Virus record (IMG/VR): IMGVR_UViG_3300013093_000022
Span: 1 to 64,000 of that record
Source: a virus
Length of the DNA: 64,000 nucleotides
Reading direction: 5' to 3' (one strand)
Shown: piece after piece, positions 26,161-36,532 of the stretch
Position numbering within the stretch: the stretch's first letter is position 1
Layout of the letters: every line of letters begins with the position of its first letter
The notes under the pieces: generated by a model
Seen by the model: the letters and a program-made list of their open reading frames with translations, nothing else
Databases searched by the model: none
Told to the model about the DNA's origin: nothing
Program-made: the position numbers and the translations under genes

Positions 26161-27153
26161 CTAGGGAAGCAGCCTCTCGCACGACGTGCAACGCTTGATC
26201 ATCCGCTCGGTGTCGAGGGCCAGGTCTCCGCCCAGCGACTGCATCCTCATGCGGGTCGGCCAGTCCAGCATCCCGGCCACCTGGGTGAAGGCCTGGACCA
26301 CGTCGTAGACGGTCGCCGAGTCGGGAAGCTGGTTCACGATCGCCATCACCTCGTCGAGCACTTGGCGCTTCAGTCCGTACTCGACCGCGAGCTGGTGGGC
26401 GAAGGCCTGAAGGCTTCCCGGCACCGGGATCTCGGCGGTCGCCGCGTACAGCTCCAGCGACCTCTCCAGCCCTCCCAAGACCCGGCCGGCCGCCTCCTCC
26501 ATCTCCTCCAAGACGTCGTCGACCGTCAGGCCCTTGATGGCGATCTCGCCCAGCTTCTGGGCCGACGTCATCCCATTCGAGCACACCAAGCGCTCCAGGT
26601 AAGACACCACGACCGGGTTCTTCGCCTCATGGGGGCGGGTGAGTATGCGGACACCGCCGTGGGTCACGTCGCCCACCAAGGGCCGGAAGGGCACGCTCTG
26701 GGGGTTCGGCACGTCGACTGAGTGGACCCTCGACACGACGTCGATGTGGAGTGAGTCGAAGTCCTGGTAGACCTTGACCTGGTCGTCGGGCCGGAAGACC
26801 CTCGCCACGATCTGGCCGACCCGGTCGGTCGGCACCGTCACCACGTCCGGCGACTGGATTGACACCAACTCCCCACGGGTGTCGACGTACACGTTGACGG
26901 TGTTCTCGGCCTGCTGCTCCGCCCAATAGTTCAGGGTCTGCGCCCGGAACTCAGGCGGGCACCGCTTGATGTAGGTCGACGGGACGTGCAGGAACTTCGC
27001 CAGCACCGAGGTGCCGAGGTCGTCGAGCGAGAACTGCTCACCGCCCACAGTCACCGACTCGGCCCAGTCCTGGACCTTCAGATCGCCCAAGGAACACGAG
27101 ATCACCATCTCGGTCGCCGGGGCCAGGTGTTCCGACAACTCCGAAACCAACAC
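26161..27153 (-). CDS. DUF932-like protein
   Basis: ERLVCSNGM motif; AAGGAG RBS. Confidence 0.65.
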   Translation of the reverse strand: MLVSELSEHLAPATEMVISCSLGDLKVQDWAESVTVGGEQFSLDDLGTSVLAKFLHVPSTYIKRCPPEFRAQTLNYWAEQQAENTVNVYVDTRGELVSIQSPDVVTVPTDRVGQIVARVFRPDDQVKVYQDFDSLHIDVVSRVHSVDVPNPQSVPFRPLVGDVTHGGVRILTRPHEAKNPVVVSYLERLVCSNGMTSAQKLGEIAIKGLTVDDVLEEMEEAAGRVLGGLERSLELYAATAEIPVPGSLQAFAHQLAVEYGLKRQVLDEVMAIVNQLPDSATVYDVVQAFTQVAGMLDWPTRMRMQSLGGDLALDTERMIKRCTSCERLLP

Positions 27154-27190
27154 GCTGATTCTCCTTCAGCTCGACAATACCGAAATCATA

Positions 27191-28342
27191 TCAGGACAGG
27201 CGGGGAACCTGCAGCAGGGACCAGTTGACGCTCAGCTTGGAGTGCCCGCCCGACGACGAGACCGTGCTGTAGACGTATGGGATCGCGGTCGCACTGTTGA
27301 CGGAGTCGACCAGGCCCGGGTTCGGGCCCACATGGCCCTGGAACTGGACGGTTCCGCCGGTGTAGGCGGACCCCGCCCCCAACGGTATGGGGGGGCCGAA
27401 CAGGCTCCAAGGCCTCCCCCCGAGGGATGAGTAGACCTGGGCCGCGTACGAGTTCCCGCTCTTGGTCACGCTCGACACGAAGCTGTAGCCCTGCAGTCCA
27501 CGCCGCATGCCCCGCTGGGCACGCTGCATCGCGTAATGGCCGAACGACAGGGGCCCGTGGCTGGTCATCGGCCCGGAGACGGTCTGCACCGGCTGGACCG
27601 CAGTCGGGTCCGGCCCCCACCCGACCCCGTTGAAGAACTCCCAGTCCCGGTCCACCGGCTGCCCCGGCGTCGACGTGTACCCGACACGGGACCAGCCCTT
27701 GCGGGCGGCGTACACGTAGTTGGTGGAGCTGCCCAGACCGTACAGGTACATGTATGGGGCGGTCGTGGACGACCACTGAAGCCCGGCCGAGAAGTTGACC
27801 GCGTCGGCACCGCTCACGGCCTGGGGAATGGCCTCCTCGGTACGCAGGTCGACCGTGTTGACGGCCTGGTTGTAGAACCAGCTCTGGACGACGGCGGACG
27901 TGTCGGATCCCCTCACGACGCTGTTCAGGGTCCACAGCATGTCCACCCCCCGGGACGCCGCCGCCGTCAGGGTCCGGGTGTCGGACGGTGTCGTCATCGG
28001 GATCTCGTACCCGCTCCTGACGACCGAGTAGGAGCCCGAGGCGGCGTTCAGGCTCACCCAGTTGGGGCTCGAGTCGACTGAGTAGGCCGAGTAGGCGGCG
28101 GGGTCCGACGCGGACGAGGTCGCCGACAGCCAACGGGCCCGACTCAGCATCAGGAAGTTCGGGCCGCCCATCGACGGAGACGTCGTGGGGTGGAAGTGGA
28201 CCGGCACCACACCGGCCAGGTTGCTCGGGTCGTAGATCTGCCCGGGCCTCTGGTCGGAGGCGCTGCGGACCGAGGTCGTGACCGACAGTCCCGCCGCATC
28301 GACCGCGTTGGAAGGGACCTGCTGCAGGGGGCCGGAGGCCAC
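27191..28342 (-). CDS. hypothetical beta-rich, probably virion protein
   Basis: Ser/Thr/Gly/Tyr-rich composition. Confidence 0.7.
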   Translation of the reverse strand: MASGPLQQVPSNAVDAAGLSVTTSVRSASDQRPGQIYDPSNLAGVVPVHFHPTTSPSMGGPNFLMLSRARWLSATSSASDPAAYSAYSVDSSPNWVSLNAASGSYSVVRSGYEIPMTTPSDTRTLTAAASRGVDMLWTLNSVVRGSDTSAVVQSWFYNQAVNTVDLRTEEAIPQAVSGADAVNFSAGLQWSSTTAPYMYLYGLGSSTNYVYAARKGWSRVGYTSTPGQPVDRDWEFFNGVGWGPDPTAVQPVQTVSGPMTSHGPLSFGHYAMQRAQRGMRRGLQGYSFVSSVTKSGNSYAAQVYSSLGGRPWSLFGPPIPLGAGSAYTGGTVQFQGHVGPNPGLVDSVNSATAIPYVYSTVSSSGGHSKLSVNWSLLQVPRLS

Positions 28343-29034
28343 TACTCCTCCTCGACTTGGTCGCTGATTGAGACGACCTGGACGTCGTCGTCGTCGGGGG
28401 GCTCATCAAAGCTCTCCCCGCGCAGCACGGCCTGGATCTGGGGCCAGTCCTCCGGGTCGGTGAACTTCCGCAAGACCTCAATCATCCGGCCGTACTGGAC
28501 GCGCATCTGGGCGCGGTCCAGGTCGCCCTCCGACTTGCGCTTGATCTCGTCGAACTTCGCCGCCGCCGCCGCGCCCTCGGCCGGGGTCACCTGCGTGCGG
28601 GGGTCGATCAGGGTCTCGTAGCCCCGAATCATCATGGTCTGGTAGTAGCTCGCCGCGTTCAGGATCGTCCCGACCCCGGTCTGCCAGTCCTGGCCGAACT
28701 GGACGGCGCACTCCTCTTGGATGCGGCGAAGGATCGCCCCGGCCGGCGACTGGACGTCAAAGTGCCGGGTCCGGTGGTTGTAGAGGCACGACCGGGTGAT
28801 CTCAGGCAGCCGGTCGGCCTTGCGCTTCAGGTTGTGTGACTCCAGGGTGTCGAGGATGTCGGGAATCGTGAACGCCCGGGCCAGCATCTTGTTGACGAGG
28901 CTCATGATCACCGGGTCCTGGCAGACCCGGCACCGTGTCGAGGGGTAGCTCTCCAGCTTGCCCTCCTGGCGGGCCTGGTGGACCCACCGGTCGACGGTCT
29001 TGTCGACGAACGCCGACATGTCGGGGCTAGTCAC
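28342..29034 (-). CDS. hypothetical protein with CxxC...HxxxH Zn finger
   Basis: RCRVC ... YNHRTRH. Confidence 0.7.
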   Translation of the reverse strand: MTSPDMSAFVDKTVDRWVHQARQEGKLESYPSTRCRVCQDPVIMSLVNKMLARAFTIPDILDTLESHNLKRKADRLPEITRSCLYNHRTRHFDVQSPAGAILRRIQEECAVQFGQDWQTGVGTILNAASYYQTMMIRGYETLIDPRTQVTPAEGAAAAAKFDEIKRKSEGDLDRAQMRVQYGRMIEVLRKFTDPEDWPQIQAVLRGESFDEPPDDDDVQVVSISDQVEEE

Positions 29035-29395
29035 TGTCGCCGCCCCTCGCCCTCTTCGGCCGGTTGCCGAAGTCGGGGTTGTAGACCCTCTTGTAGATTC
29101 CGCTGATGAGGCTGGCGTCCGGGACTCCGCTGTTGCTGTAGACCTCCCTGTTCTTGCGGAGGATGTGCTGCTCGCGGGACAGGTACTGGGTCTTGTCGGA
29201 CCCCTCGTCCTGGCGGCGGCCCTTGGCGAGGATCTTCTCGGCCTCCTCCTCGATGCTGTTCAGCTCGCCGCTCCGGAGAGGCAGCGCCTTCGGCCCGACC
29301 TCATCCTCGGCCTCACGCTCGGCCTCACGCTCGGCGCGGACCTGCTCGGCGATCTGCTGCTCCCTCACCCATCTCGGTGTCCGGCGTCGAGCCAT
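29027..29395 (-). CDS. hypothetical protein
   Basis: packed ORF. Confidence 0.7.
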   Translation of the reverse strand: MARRRTPRWVREQQIAEQVRAEREAEREAEDEVGPKALPLRSGELNSIEEEAEKILAKGRRQDEGSDKTQYLSREQHILRKNREVYSNSGVPDASLISGIYKRVYNPDFGNRPKRARGGDSD

Positions 29396-29847
29396 TATTC
29401 GCCAGCCCTCTTCTTCTTCTCCTGGTAGGGCTCAGGCCGCGCCCCGGTGGCCTGGTAGTCATCATACGCTTTGACCATCCTCTGCAGGGCGCTGTCGGCG
29501 TACTGCTGGGTCGGGGTCGACCACCTGCTCCCCGGCAGGATGACCTTGGTCGCGTCGGTCTCCGTGTACCCCTGCAGGCAGATCAACTCAAAGGCCTTTC
29601 GCTGCTGCGGGGGCAGGGACTCGATGCCGACCATCAGGTCGGCTAGGTAGATCTCCTCCTGGGTCTCAGGAACGGTCACCGTCCCCGGCAGCGGCATCTC
29701 CCCTGACTCCATCAGGGACCTGAAATGCTCCAAGTGCTGATAAACGCGCTTGAAGATCTGAGACCTCCTTTTATCGGGGTCCTCGGGGAGCTTCTTCACA
29801 GAGCGAAGAATAGCCCTACTGGTCGCTGATTCGCCAATTGCGGACAT
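29395..29847 (-). CDS. sigma-70 region 4-like HTH protein
   Basis: IESLPPQQRKAFELICLQGYTETDA...ALQRM. Confidence 0.65.
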   Translation of the reverse strand: MSAIGESATSRAILRSVKKLPEDPDKRRSQIFKRVYQHLEHFRSLMESGEMPLPGTVTVPETQEEIYLADLMVGIESLPPQQRKAFELICLQGYTETDATKVILPGSRWSTPTQQYADSALQRMVKAYDDYQATGARPEPYQEKKKRAGE

Positions 29848-30469
29848 CCCTTATTCGGAAAAGGAAATCGGTGATTTCCCGGAAAAGGACGTCGGCACTA
29901 GACCACAGGTAGTAGCGGAAGTAGGAATGGTAGCGGTCCTCACGCGACTCGCGGCTGACCCTGGCCTCTCGGTCGCTGATGGTGCCGCCCAGGATCTTGC
30001 CCCACGAGTCGTGCTTCGTGTCGTCGGCGATCATCTTGGCGAACACCGCCTCGTTCTTCAGCCGGTTCACCTCCACGGCAGCGGACATCTTCAGCCGCGC
30101 CAGGTTCATCACGGCCTGCTCAATGTCTTGGCCGGTAAGCTGCCCCCAGTTCTCCACCGGCCTGCCGTTCTCGACCTGCCAAACCTGGCGTCCCCGGCTG
30201 TCCACGACGCGGGCCCCGTTCCTGTACAGGGGAATCCGGATTGACTCGTAGAAACGGTCGATCTCGTCGATCGCCGGGCCGAACAGCTCGTTGACCATGT
30301 CGGCGGCCACCGCCTCAATGCGGTTGCGGATCTCACCGTCGTGCTTGCGCCACGAGAAACGGAATGTGGACAGCGACCTTCCGCTCTGCAGCTCCTCGGC
30401 CTCGGCGACCTCGATCGGGGAATCGGACGACGGATCGCAGGGGAAGAGCCCCTCAAGGTCATCTTTCAC
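29816..30469 (-). CDS. hypothetical protein
   Basis: packed ORF. Confidence 0.7.
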   Translation of the reverse strand: MKDDLEGLFPCDPSSDSPIEVAEAEELQSGRSLSTFRFSWRKHDGEIRNRIEAVAADMVNELFGPAIDEIDRFYESIRIPLYRNGARVVDSRGRQVWQVENGRPVENWGQLTGQDIEQAVMNLARLKMSAAVEVNRLKNEAVFAKMIADDTKHDSWGKILGGTISDREARVSRESREDRYHSYFRYYLWSSADVLFREITDFLFRIRDVRNWRISDQ

Positions 30470-30890
30470 GGTTGAAGAACCTCTGCGCCGGGGGGTCGGT
30501 CAAAACCTCGATGGCCCGCTGTAGACACTCCACGTCCCACCAGCCTATCGTTCGGTTGCAAGGGCCGCAGGCGAGGCACCGGACGCAGTGGCGGCATCCC
30601 TGCTCTGGGGGGTGTCCCCTTTCGCACCCGTGATCATGGTCGACAGCCAGTCGACGAGCAATACCACGACTTCTCCGGCATATGAAACACTTTCCGTCTT
30701 GATGGTTATACAGACCCCAATAGTCGGCATGTGTAATTCCAAAGCCACTTTCGGTTCTTCGGTCATGGGCCTTCTCGCTCCTCCTCTTCTTCTCGGCACG
30801 CCAGTGGGTGGCGCACCGTGGCCCCGGGTGAGGGGTTGGGCGGGGCCGACCCTCGTTACCCTCGGCCGCGCAGTCCTTACAGGTCTTCAT
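30459..30890 (-). CDS. recombination endonuclease VII
   Basis: FGIT..DY..L...Q.GKCFIC, LAVDHDH, VRCLACGPCN..IG. Confidence 0.88.
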   Translation of the reverse strand: MKTCKDCAAEGNEGRPRPTPHPGPRCATHWRAEKKRRSEKAHDRRTESGFGITHADYWGLYNHQDGKCFICRRSRGIARRLAVDHDHGCERGHPPEQGCRHCVRCLACGPCNRTIGWWDVECLQRAIEVLTDPPAQRFFNRER

Positions 30891-31629
30891 TCTTCAACCA
30901 GCACACGAATCGGGCCCCGCACCCCTCCATCTCCTTGCTGTCCAGGGCGCAGCAGTGGCGGGGCGGCTCACTGTCCTCGATGGCACGGCGGACGCGGGCA
31001 AACTTAGTAAATATCTCGTCGAGCAGGACGTCGTTGCGGTGATGCTTAAACTCTCGCATCCCGGTGCCGCCCCGCTCCAACACCATGATGATCCCGTCGC
31101 TGACGTCCATCGCGTACTCGGCGAGGCTCAACTGGGCGTCCCACGAGGGCTGGATCTTCTCCAACTTCTTGTACAGCCAGGTGCCCATCGTCTTCAGCTC
31201 GACCAGGTACTGGCGGCCGGTTGGGTGGTCGACGATGAAGTCGATTCGGCCCCGGACGTGGTGCTCGTCGATCACATACTCAACCTCGATGTTCTTCTCC
31301 TCAACCAGCCCGGCCATGACCATCTGGGTCTGGACGATCGAGTGGATCGCGGTACCGGTCGCGAAGATCATCTGCCGGTTAAAAGTCCGCTTCTCCGAAA
31401 CGATACTGTCGCGGGTGTCGGGGTGGAACCTGTAGTAGAGCTCGCGCTCCCCCATGAGGGGGTGGGTCGAGGGGTGGAAGTAGCCGTCGCCGTGGCCGTA
31501 GTACGGACCCGAGTCGACCTTGATCATGTAGTGTTCGGGCCACTTGTCGGCCAGCATCCCCAACTCGAAATACGGGATGATGAGCTCCTGGTCCACCAAC
31601 CTATTCAGGATCGTGCGCTCGAACGGCAT
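30877..31629 (-). CDS. Cas4-like PD-(D/E)xK exonuclease
   Basis: GTAIH, GRIDF, VELKT, QLSL, C-terminal Cys cluster. Confidence 0.78.
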   Translation of the reverse strand: MPFERTILNRLVDQELIIPYFELGMLADKWPEHYMIKVDSGPYYGHGDGYFHPSTHPLMGERELYYRFHPDTRDSIVSEKRTFNRQMIFATGTAIHSIVQTQMVMAGLVEEKNIEVEYVIDEHHVRGRIDFIVDHPTGRQYLVELKTMGTWLYKKLEKIQPSWDAQLSLAEYAMDVSDGIIMVLERGGTGMREFKHHRNDVLLDEIFTKFARVRRAIEDSEPPRHCCALDSKEMEGCGARFVCWLKNEDL

Positions 31630-31939
31630 TCCACATCTCCTCGAAGTCGTCCATTGACATCACCACGTAGTCCTCGTCTTGGAGCCGGAGGGCCAGGATG
31701 AAACGCTTGCCCAGCCCGGTCGACTTGTCCATCCACTGGCTCATGAACTTACCCGACACCGAGTAGCTCTTGGTGTCGGTGTACTTGCAGTCCACCAGCA
31801 GCCGGAACTGGTCGTGCGGGTTGTGGTGGTGGGTGGCGTCGCCCGGGTCATGGAACTTGCTGCCCGAGCACACCGTCGCCTCGAGGCCGAGGCGCTCTTG
31901 GACGTCCTCCTCCCACCGCAGCCATCGGGGCTTAGGCAT
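31601..31939 (-). CDS. putative PD-(D/E)xK Holliday junction resolvase-like nuclease
   Basis: SGS...PGD, VDCKYT. Confidence 0.6.
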   Translation of the reverse strand: MPKPRWLRWEEDVQERLGLEATVCSGSKFHDPGDATHHHNPHDQFRLLVDCKYTDTKSYSVSGKFMSQWMDKSTGLGKRFILALRLQDEDYVVMSMDDFEEMWNAVRAHDPE

Positions 31940-33011
31940 CGTCGACCGACAGCCTGGAAACAGGCTCATCGTCGTCGGCGTCGGTCATGGGGGCCACCTC
32001 GGTCGCGTGGTCGCCCAGACGGGACACGATCTCACCTGACAGGGCTGACGTGTCCGCCTCGCGCAGCGAGACGATCAGCCTCTCACGGCCCATGACCCGG
32101 CCGTCGGGCAGGCACGGGTGGTGGTACCAGCCCCCCCGGCGCTCGATGACGCCGGTCAGGATCCCGAGCCGGATGATCTCCTCAAAGGTGTCGACGCCGA
32201 ACCCGTACTCGTCGGTCGGCACGTTGTAGAACCACCAGTTCGCCACCCGGTTCGGGGCCGCCAGCCCGTTCTTCACGACCTTGCACGAGATCTCATAGCC
32301 GATCTGGAACTCCTCGCCGTTGATCTTCTGCGTGACCTTGCCCTTGCCGCGCTTCAACTGCAGGCGCAGCGCCACCGCGTGCTTCCATGCGTGGCCGCCG
32401 GGGGTCATGTGCCGCTTGTAGCCGCTCATGTCCTCGCGGATCTGGTTGACCCCCACCGTGAGGCACCGGTACTTGGCCGACAGCGCCGCCGCCGACCGGG
32501 CGAACTCGCCCACCCCTTGGGCGTTGCCGCCGTACGAGCCGACCTCGGCGTCGGAGTTGCGCCGGGCCGTCGGGGCCCCGCCGATCGAGTCGAGCAAGGC
32601 GAAGCAGACCCTCCCGCCGTCCACCGCCGCCCGGTAGATGTTGGTGGCCTGCTCGATGTGGTCGGGCTGGATGTACACGACCCGCTCGCGGTGCTCCGGC
32701 GTGATCAGCCGTGACAGCCAGGCGGGGTCCATCTTGTGCTCCAGGTCCAGGATCAGGGCGCACCGTTCGGGCTGGGACTCGAGGAAGCCCTGCATCGTCA
32801 ACAGCGACAGGGTCGTCTTGCCGGTTCCCTCCTCGCCCGCGATCTCAATGACCCGGTCGGAGGGGAAGCCCCCGACGCCGACCGCGAAGTCCAGGGCCAG
32901 AGAGCCGGACGGGATCGTCGGGTGGCGGGGGATGTCGTCGGCCGTCATGACGGCCTCCTTCCCGAACTTGTCCTGCAGCTCGGAGATCAGCCTCTCTGTG
33001 AACTTGCTCAT
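31932..33011 (-). CDS. recA: RecA-like recombinase
   Basis: IPSGSLALDFAVGVGGFP, GEEGTGKTT, DS, NQIRE, TPGGHAWKH, VVKN. Confidence 0.95.
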   Translation of the reverse strand: MSKFTERLISELQDKFGKEAVMTADDIPRHPTIPSGSLALDFAVGVGGFPSDRVIEIAGEEGTGKTTLSLLTMQGFLESQPERCALILDLEHKMDPAWLSRLITPEHRERVVYIQPDHIEQATNIYRAAVDGGRVCFALLDSIGGAPTARRNSDAEVGSYGGNAQGVGEFARSAAALSAKYRCLTVGVNQIREDMSGYKRHMTPGGHAWKHAVALRLQLKRGKGKVTQKINGEEFQIGYEISCKVVKNGLAAPNRVANWWFYNVPTDEYGFGVDTFEEIIRLGILTGVIERRGGWYHHPCLPDGRVMGRERLIVSLREADTSALSGEIVSRLGDHATEVAPMTDADDDEPVSRLSVDDA

Positions 33012-36000
33012 TCTCTCTCCCGGGAACCCTTCCTCAACCAGTCCATCCTGAAAACCTGCTTGACCTGACAGCCGCGTGCCGTCTTGACCAGGTCGAGGAG
33101 CAGGGGCGCGTCGACGGCGACCATCGTCCGCACCTCCGGCCAGACGCTGGGCGGCACGGTGACCTCAAGCTCGTACCCCTTCCACGACTGGATGCCCAGG
33201 AAGGCCATCTCGCCGTTTCCCCTCACCAGGGAGTGGACCTTGATGCTTATGGCCTGGCCGGCGAGGGGGAACTCCTTGCCCGCCGGGAAGCCGTTGATGT
33301 CGTCGGCGTTGAGGTCGCAGTGGTGGCGGGCGACGCTCGCGTAGGGAAGCATCGGGTCGGAGAGGATGTAGCTGCCGCACAGTTCCTTCTCGATCCGGCC
33401 CATGACCTCCACGTCGTTGAAGTCGGGCCTGTCGATCAGGTACTTGTCAGGGCTGTTCTCAAACCGGCGTGCCACGGCGGCGACGCACTTCTCCTCATCG
33501 GCCAGGGTCGACGGCGACAGGCCCTCCTTGGCCCGCTCCCACTCCCACATGTCCATGACCGTGTCGCGGTCGGCCATACCGTCAAACGCCCCGATGACGA
33601 CCAGGTTCCAGACGGCGGTCTTGTTTGACCCCCTGCCGGAGCGGCTCAGGTAGTCGGGGAAGTCGCGGTACGGGCGAGCCTGGTCGATGTCGTCGCACGT
33701 CCTGGAGGCCAGCCCCCGCACCGCGCCCAGGCCGTAACGGATCTCATTCGAGCCTACTGGGCCGAGGGTGAAGTGCCGGGAAGACCGGTTGATGTCCGGG
33801 GGCAGGATCTTGAAGCCCATCCGGCGGGCCTCCCGCACGTAGCGGGTCACGTTGTCGGGGTCGGTGGCCAGCAGCGCCGCGATGAACTCGATCGGGTAGT
33901 AGTGCTTGACCCACACCTCCCACGTGCTGATCGTGGCGTACCCGACCGCGTGCGACTGGTTGAAGGCGTAGCGCCCCGAGGCCTCGATCGACTTCCAGAT
34001 CGTGTCGATGACCCGGCGGTCGCCGCTGTACCCCCTCAGGAACTCCTCGTTGGCCAGGCAGCCCTCAGTGAACTTCTCGCGGTAGGAGACGACCGCGTCC
34101 ATCTTCTTCTTGCCCAAGGCCCGGCGCAGGCTGTTGGCCTCCCCGGCGGTGAACCCGGCCAGCTTCTTGACCGTGGCCATCAACTGCTCCTGGTACACCA
34201 AGACCCCGTGCGTCTCTTTGGTGATCCCCTCCAGCAGCGGGTGGTCGTACTCGACCCCGGACTTGCCCGAGTGGCGGTTCAGGAACACGTCGCCCAGCCC
34301 GGCGTCCTTCACCCCGGGCCGGACGATGGAGATGAGGGCGGCCACCTCGCGCTCGCTCCTCGGCTTCATCAGGACCGAGTGCCTGGTCAGGTCGGGCGTC
34401 TCAAGCTGGAAGATGCCGACCGTGTTCCCCTCGGCGATCTGCGGCCAGATCGCCGGGTCGGCGTAGTCCTCGTACGTGAAGGCCTTCGCGCTCTGCGGAG
34501 ACGCCGGTCCGCGCCCCCCCCTCATCTGGACCGGCAGGTCGTCGGAACGGAAGTCAAGCCACACGCCGTGCCTCTCGTGCACCAGGTTCCGGGCGTGCAT
34601 CAGGGTGTCAAGGTGGCGCAGCCCCAGCAGGTCGAGCTTGCAGGCCCCCATCTGCTCAACCTCGTGCATGTCAAACTGGGTGATGGCGTCCTGCAGCCCG
34701 TCCCTCGTGCGGGTCGGCACCGTCCCCAGGACGGGCCTGTTGCTGACCAAGACACCCGACGGGTGGCGACCCGACTGCCGGACGATCCCCTGCATCTCGT
34801 TGATCTTGGTGAACAGGGTCGGGTACTTCTGGGCCCACTGAGACAGCTCGCCGCCCTTGGCACGCAGGATTTCCTCCCAGTCGGCGTCCTCCTCCTCGGC
34901 CTCCTGGGTGACCGCCTTCACCTGCTCGATGATCTTGCTCATCTGGACGACGTCGCTCAGGTTGATCTTCAACGCCCGACCGAGGTCCTTCAGGATCTGC
35001 TTGGGCTTGGATCGGTTCAGGATCTCGATCGTGCAGACGTGGTCGTGGCCGTACCTGGACTCCAGGTACCTCTTCGCGTCGGGTCGCATCGACTGCGGGA
35101 AGTCGACGTCGATGTCCGGGTTGTCCTCCCGGTCGGGGTCGAGGAAGCGCTCGAACAGCAGGCCGTAGTGGATCGGGTCGATCGCCGTGATCCCCAACAG
35201 GTAGGCGACCAGGCAGCCACCGGCCGAGCCACGTCCCGGGCCGAGCAGCATGGGCACCCGGCGGCTGTCGCCGTTGACCAGGTTGTTCCACCGGCCCGAG
35301 ACGCAGGCGTCCACAAGGTCCTTCTCGACGTTGAAGTAGCCGGAGAAGCCCTTGTCGGAGATGAGGTGCAGCTCCTCGCGGAGCCGGTTGTAGTACAGCT
35401 CCTCGGGCAGGCCGGCCCGGGTCACCTTGTCCCGGAACCCGACCTCGCACGCCTCGATCAACTGGCGCAGGTCCTCCCGCTCGGTCCGGTTCAGGCGGGG
35501 CATCTCAAGGGTCTTGGTGATCTCGGCGTCACACCTCTCGGCGATCGACTGCGAGTTCCTGATCGCCTCGTCGACCACGGACGCCGACACACCGTGCCGT
35601 TCCATCCACCCGTACAGCTCCTTAGACCCCATCAGGTGGTCGGCTTTCTGGCCGTACTCGTCCCCCTCGCCGTCCTGGTCGTCGCCCTTCGACCTCTTTG
35701 ACACCGAGAACTTCCAGATGAGCTCCTTGTTCTCCCAGTCCTCTGGGCGGACGTGGTGGGCGTCGTTGACCACCACCATCGGGACGCCCATCTCAGTCGC
35801 CATCCGGACCTTCATCCGGTTGATCCTCCCCATGAGGTCGTTGAGCCTCTTCTTGGCCGGGGTGTCGGCATCCATGAACTGCCACGTGTGCAACTCGCAG
35901 TAGAAGCGGTCGCCGAAGACGTTGAGAAGCGACGAGAAGTGCTGCCGGGCGAGGTCCTCGTCGTCGGCCTCCACGGCGCGGGAGAACTCGGTGATCATGC

Positions 36001-36415
36001 AGCCGTCCGACGCGAGAACACCCTCCCGGTAGGACTTCATCAGGTCCAAGGTGAGCAGGGGCTTGTAGTACCGGTACTTCTTGGTGTACGCCAGCGAGGA
36101 CAGCGACCAGATGTTGGAGAGGCCGACGTTGTTCTCGGCGATCATGCAGATGTGGGACCTGTTCGACGGGTACTTCAGGTTCTTCCTGGTCCACTCCACG
36201 TCGTACACCCAGTCGGCCTCGATGCCGAGCAGGGGCTTGATCCCCTCGGAACGGCACGCCCTCTGGAAGGCGAAGTGCTGGTTGCACTCGTTGTGGTCGG
36301 TCACGGCGACCGCCGACGAGCCGAGCTCCCTCGCCCGCTTGGCTATGTCGGCGACATTGGCCAAGCCGTCAAGGAAGGAGCCCTCCGAATGCTGGTGCAG
36401 ATTGACCTGATTCAC
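33008..36415 (-). CDS. dnaE: DNA polymerase III alpha subunit
   Basis: PHP HQHS..S.LDG/TDH, GPGRGSAGG, FERFL, PDIDVDF, KLDLLGL, GIFQLE, YQEQ, YAFN.SH. Confidence 0.96.
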   Translation of the reverse strand: MNQVNLHQHSEGSFLDGLANVADIAKRARELGSSAVAVTDHNECNQHFAFQRACRSEGIKPLLGIEADWVYDVEWTRKNLKYPSNRSHICMIAENNVGLSNIWSLSSLAYTKKYRYYKPLLTLDLMKSYREGVLASDGCMITEFSRAVEADDEDLARQHFSSLLNVFGDRFYCELHTWQFMDADTPAKKRLNDLMGRINRMKVRMATEMGVPMVVVNDAHHVRPEDWENKELIWKFSVSKRSKGDDQDGEGDEYGQKADHLMGSKELYGWMERHGVSASVVDEAIRNSQSIAERCDAEITKTLEMPRLNRTEREDLRQLIEACEVGFRDKVTRAGLPEELYYNRLREELHLISDKGFSGYFNVEKDLVDACVSGRWNNLVNGDSRRVPMLLGPGRGSAGGCLVAYLLGITAIDPIHYGLLFERFLDPDREDNPDIDVDFPQSMRPDAKRYLESRYGHDHVCTIEILNRSKPKQILKDLGRALKINLSDVVQMSKIIEQVKAVTQEAEEEDADWEEILRAKGGELSQWAQKYPTLFTKINEMQGIVRQSGRHPSGVLVSNRPVLGTVPTRTRDGLQDAITQFDMHEVEQMGACKLDLLGLRHLDTLMHARNLVHERHGVWLDFRSDDLPVQMRGGRGPASPQSAKAFTYEDYADPAIWPQIAEGNTVGIFQLETPDLTRHSVLMKPRSEREVAALISIVRPGVKDAGLGDVFLNRHSGKSGVEYDHPLLEGITKETHGVLVYQEQLMATVKKLAGFTAGEANSLRRALGKKKMDAVVSYREKFTEGCLANEEFLRGYSGDRRVIDTIWKSIEASGRYAFNQSHAVGYATISTWEVWVKHYYPIEFIAALLATDPDNVTRYVREARRMGFKILPPDINRSSRHFTLGPVGSNEIRYGLGAVRGLASRTCDDIDQARPYRDFPDYLSRSGRGSNKTAVWNLVVIGAFDGMADRDTVMDMWEWERAKEGLSPSTLADEEKCVAAVARRFENSPDKYLIDRPDFNDVEVMGRIEKELCGSYILSDPMLPYASVARHHCDLNADDINGFPAGKEFPLAGQAISIKVHSLVRGNGEMAFLGIQSWKGYELEVTVPPSVWPEVRTMVAVDAPLLLDLVKTARGCQVKQVFRMDWLRKGSRERE

Positions 36416-36488
36416 GACCCGCTCACTTAAAATCGTCCAGGAAGGGGCACGACCCGTCTGCGCTGACTAATTCGTGCCCCCACCAAGA

Positions 36489-36514
36489 CCCGGGCTGTAA
36501 GCCCACAGCCCGGG
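36489..36514. terminator. stem-loop, possible terminator
   Basis: CCCGGGCTGT-aagccc-ACAGCCCGGG downstream of the SSB gene; weak U tract. Confidence 0.45.
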
Positions 36515-36532
36515 CTGGCCACCGCCGAGGGC

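Noticed and set aside
30545-30799. Alternative-frame ORF inside the EndoVII gene
   Set aside because: No motif or independent RBS; EndoVII frame explains the sequence.
30877-31629. Cas4-like gene as evidence of CRISPR-Cas
   Set aside because: No repeat-spacer array or other cas genes seen; solo Cas4-like nucleases are common in phage recombination modules.
33773-35701. Long plus-strand ORFs such as 33773..35701, 13547..15076, 37971..39461 and 54558..55979
   Set aside because: Antisense shadows of well-supported minus-strand genes, expected from high-GC codon bias; no motifs.
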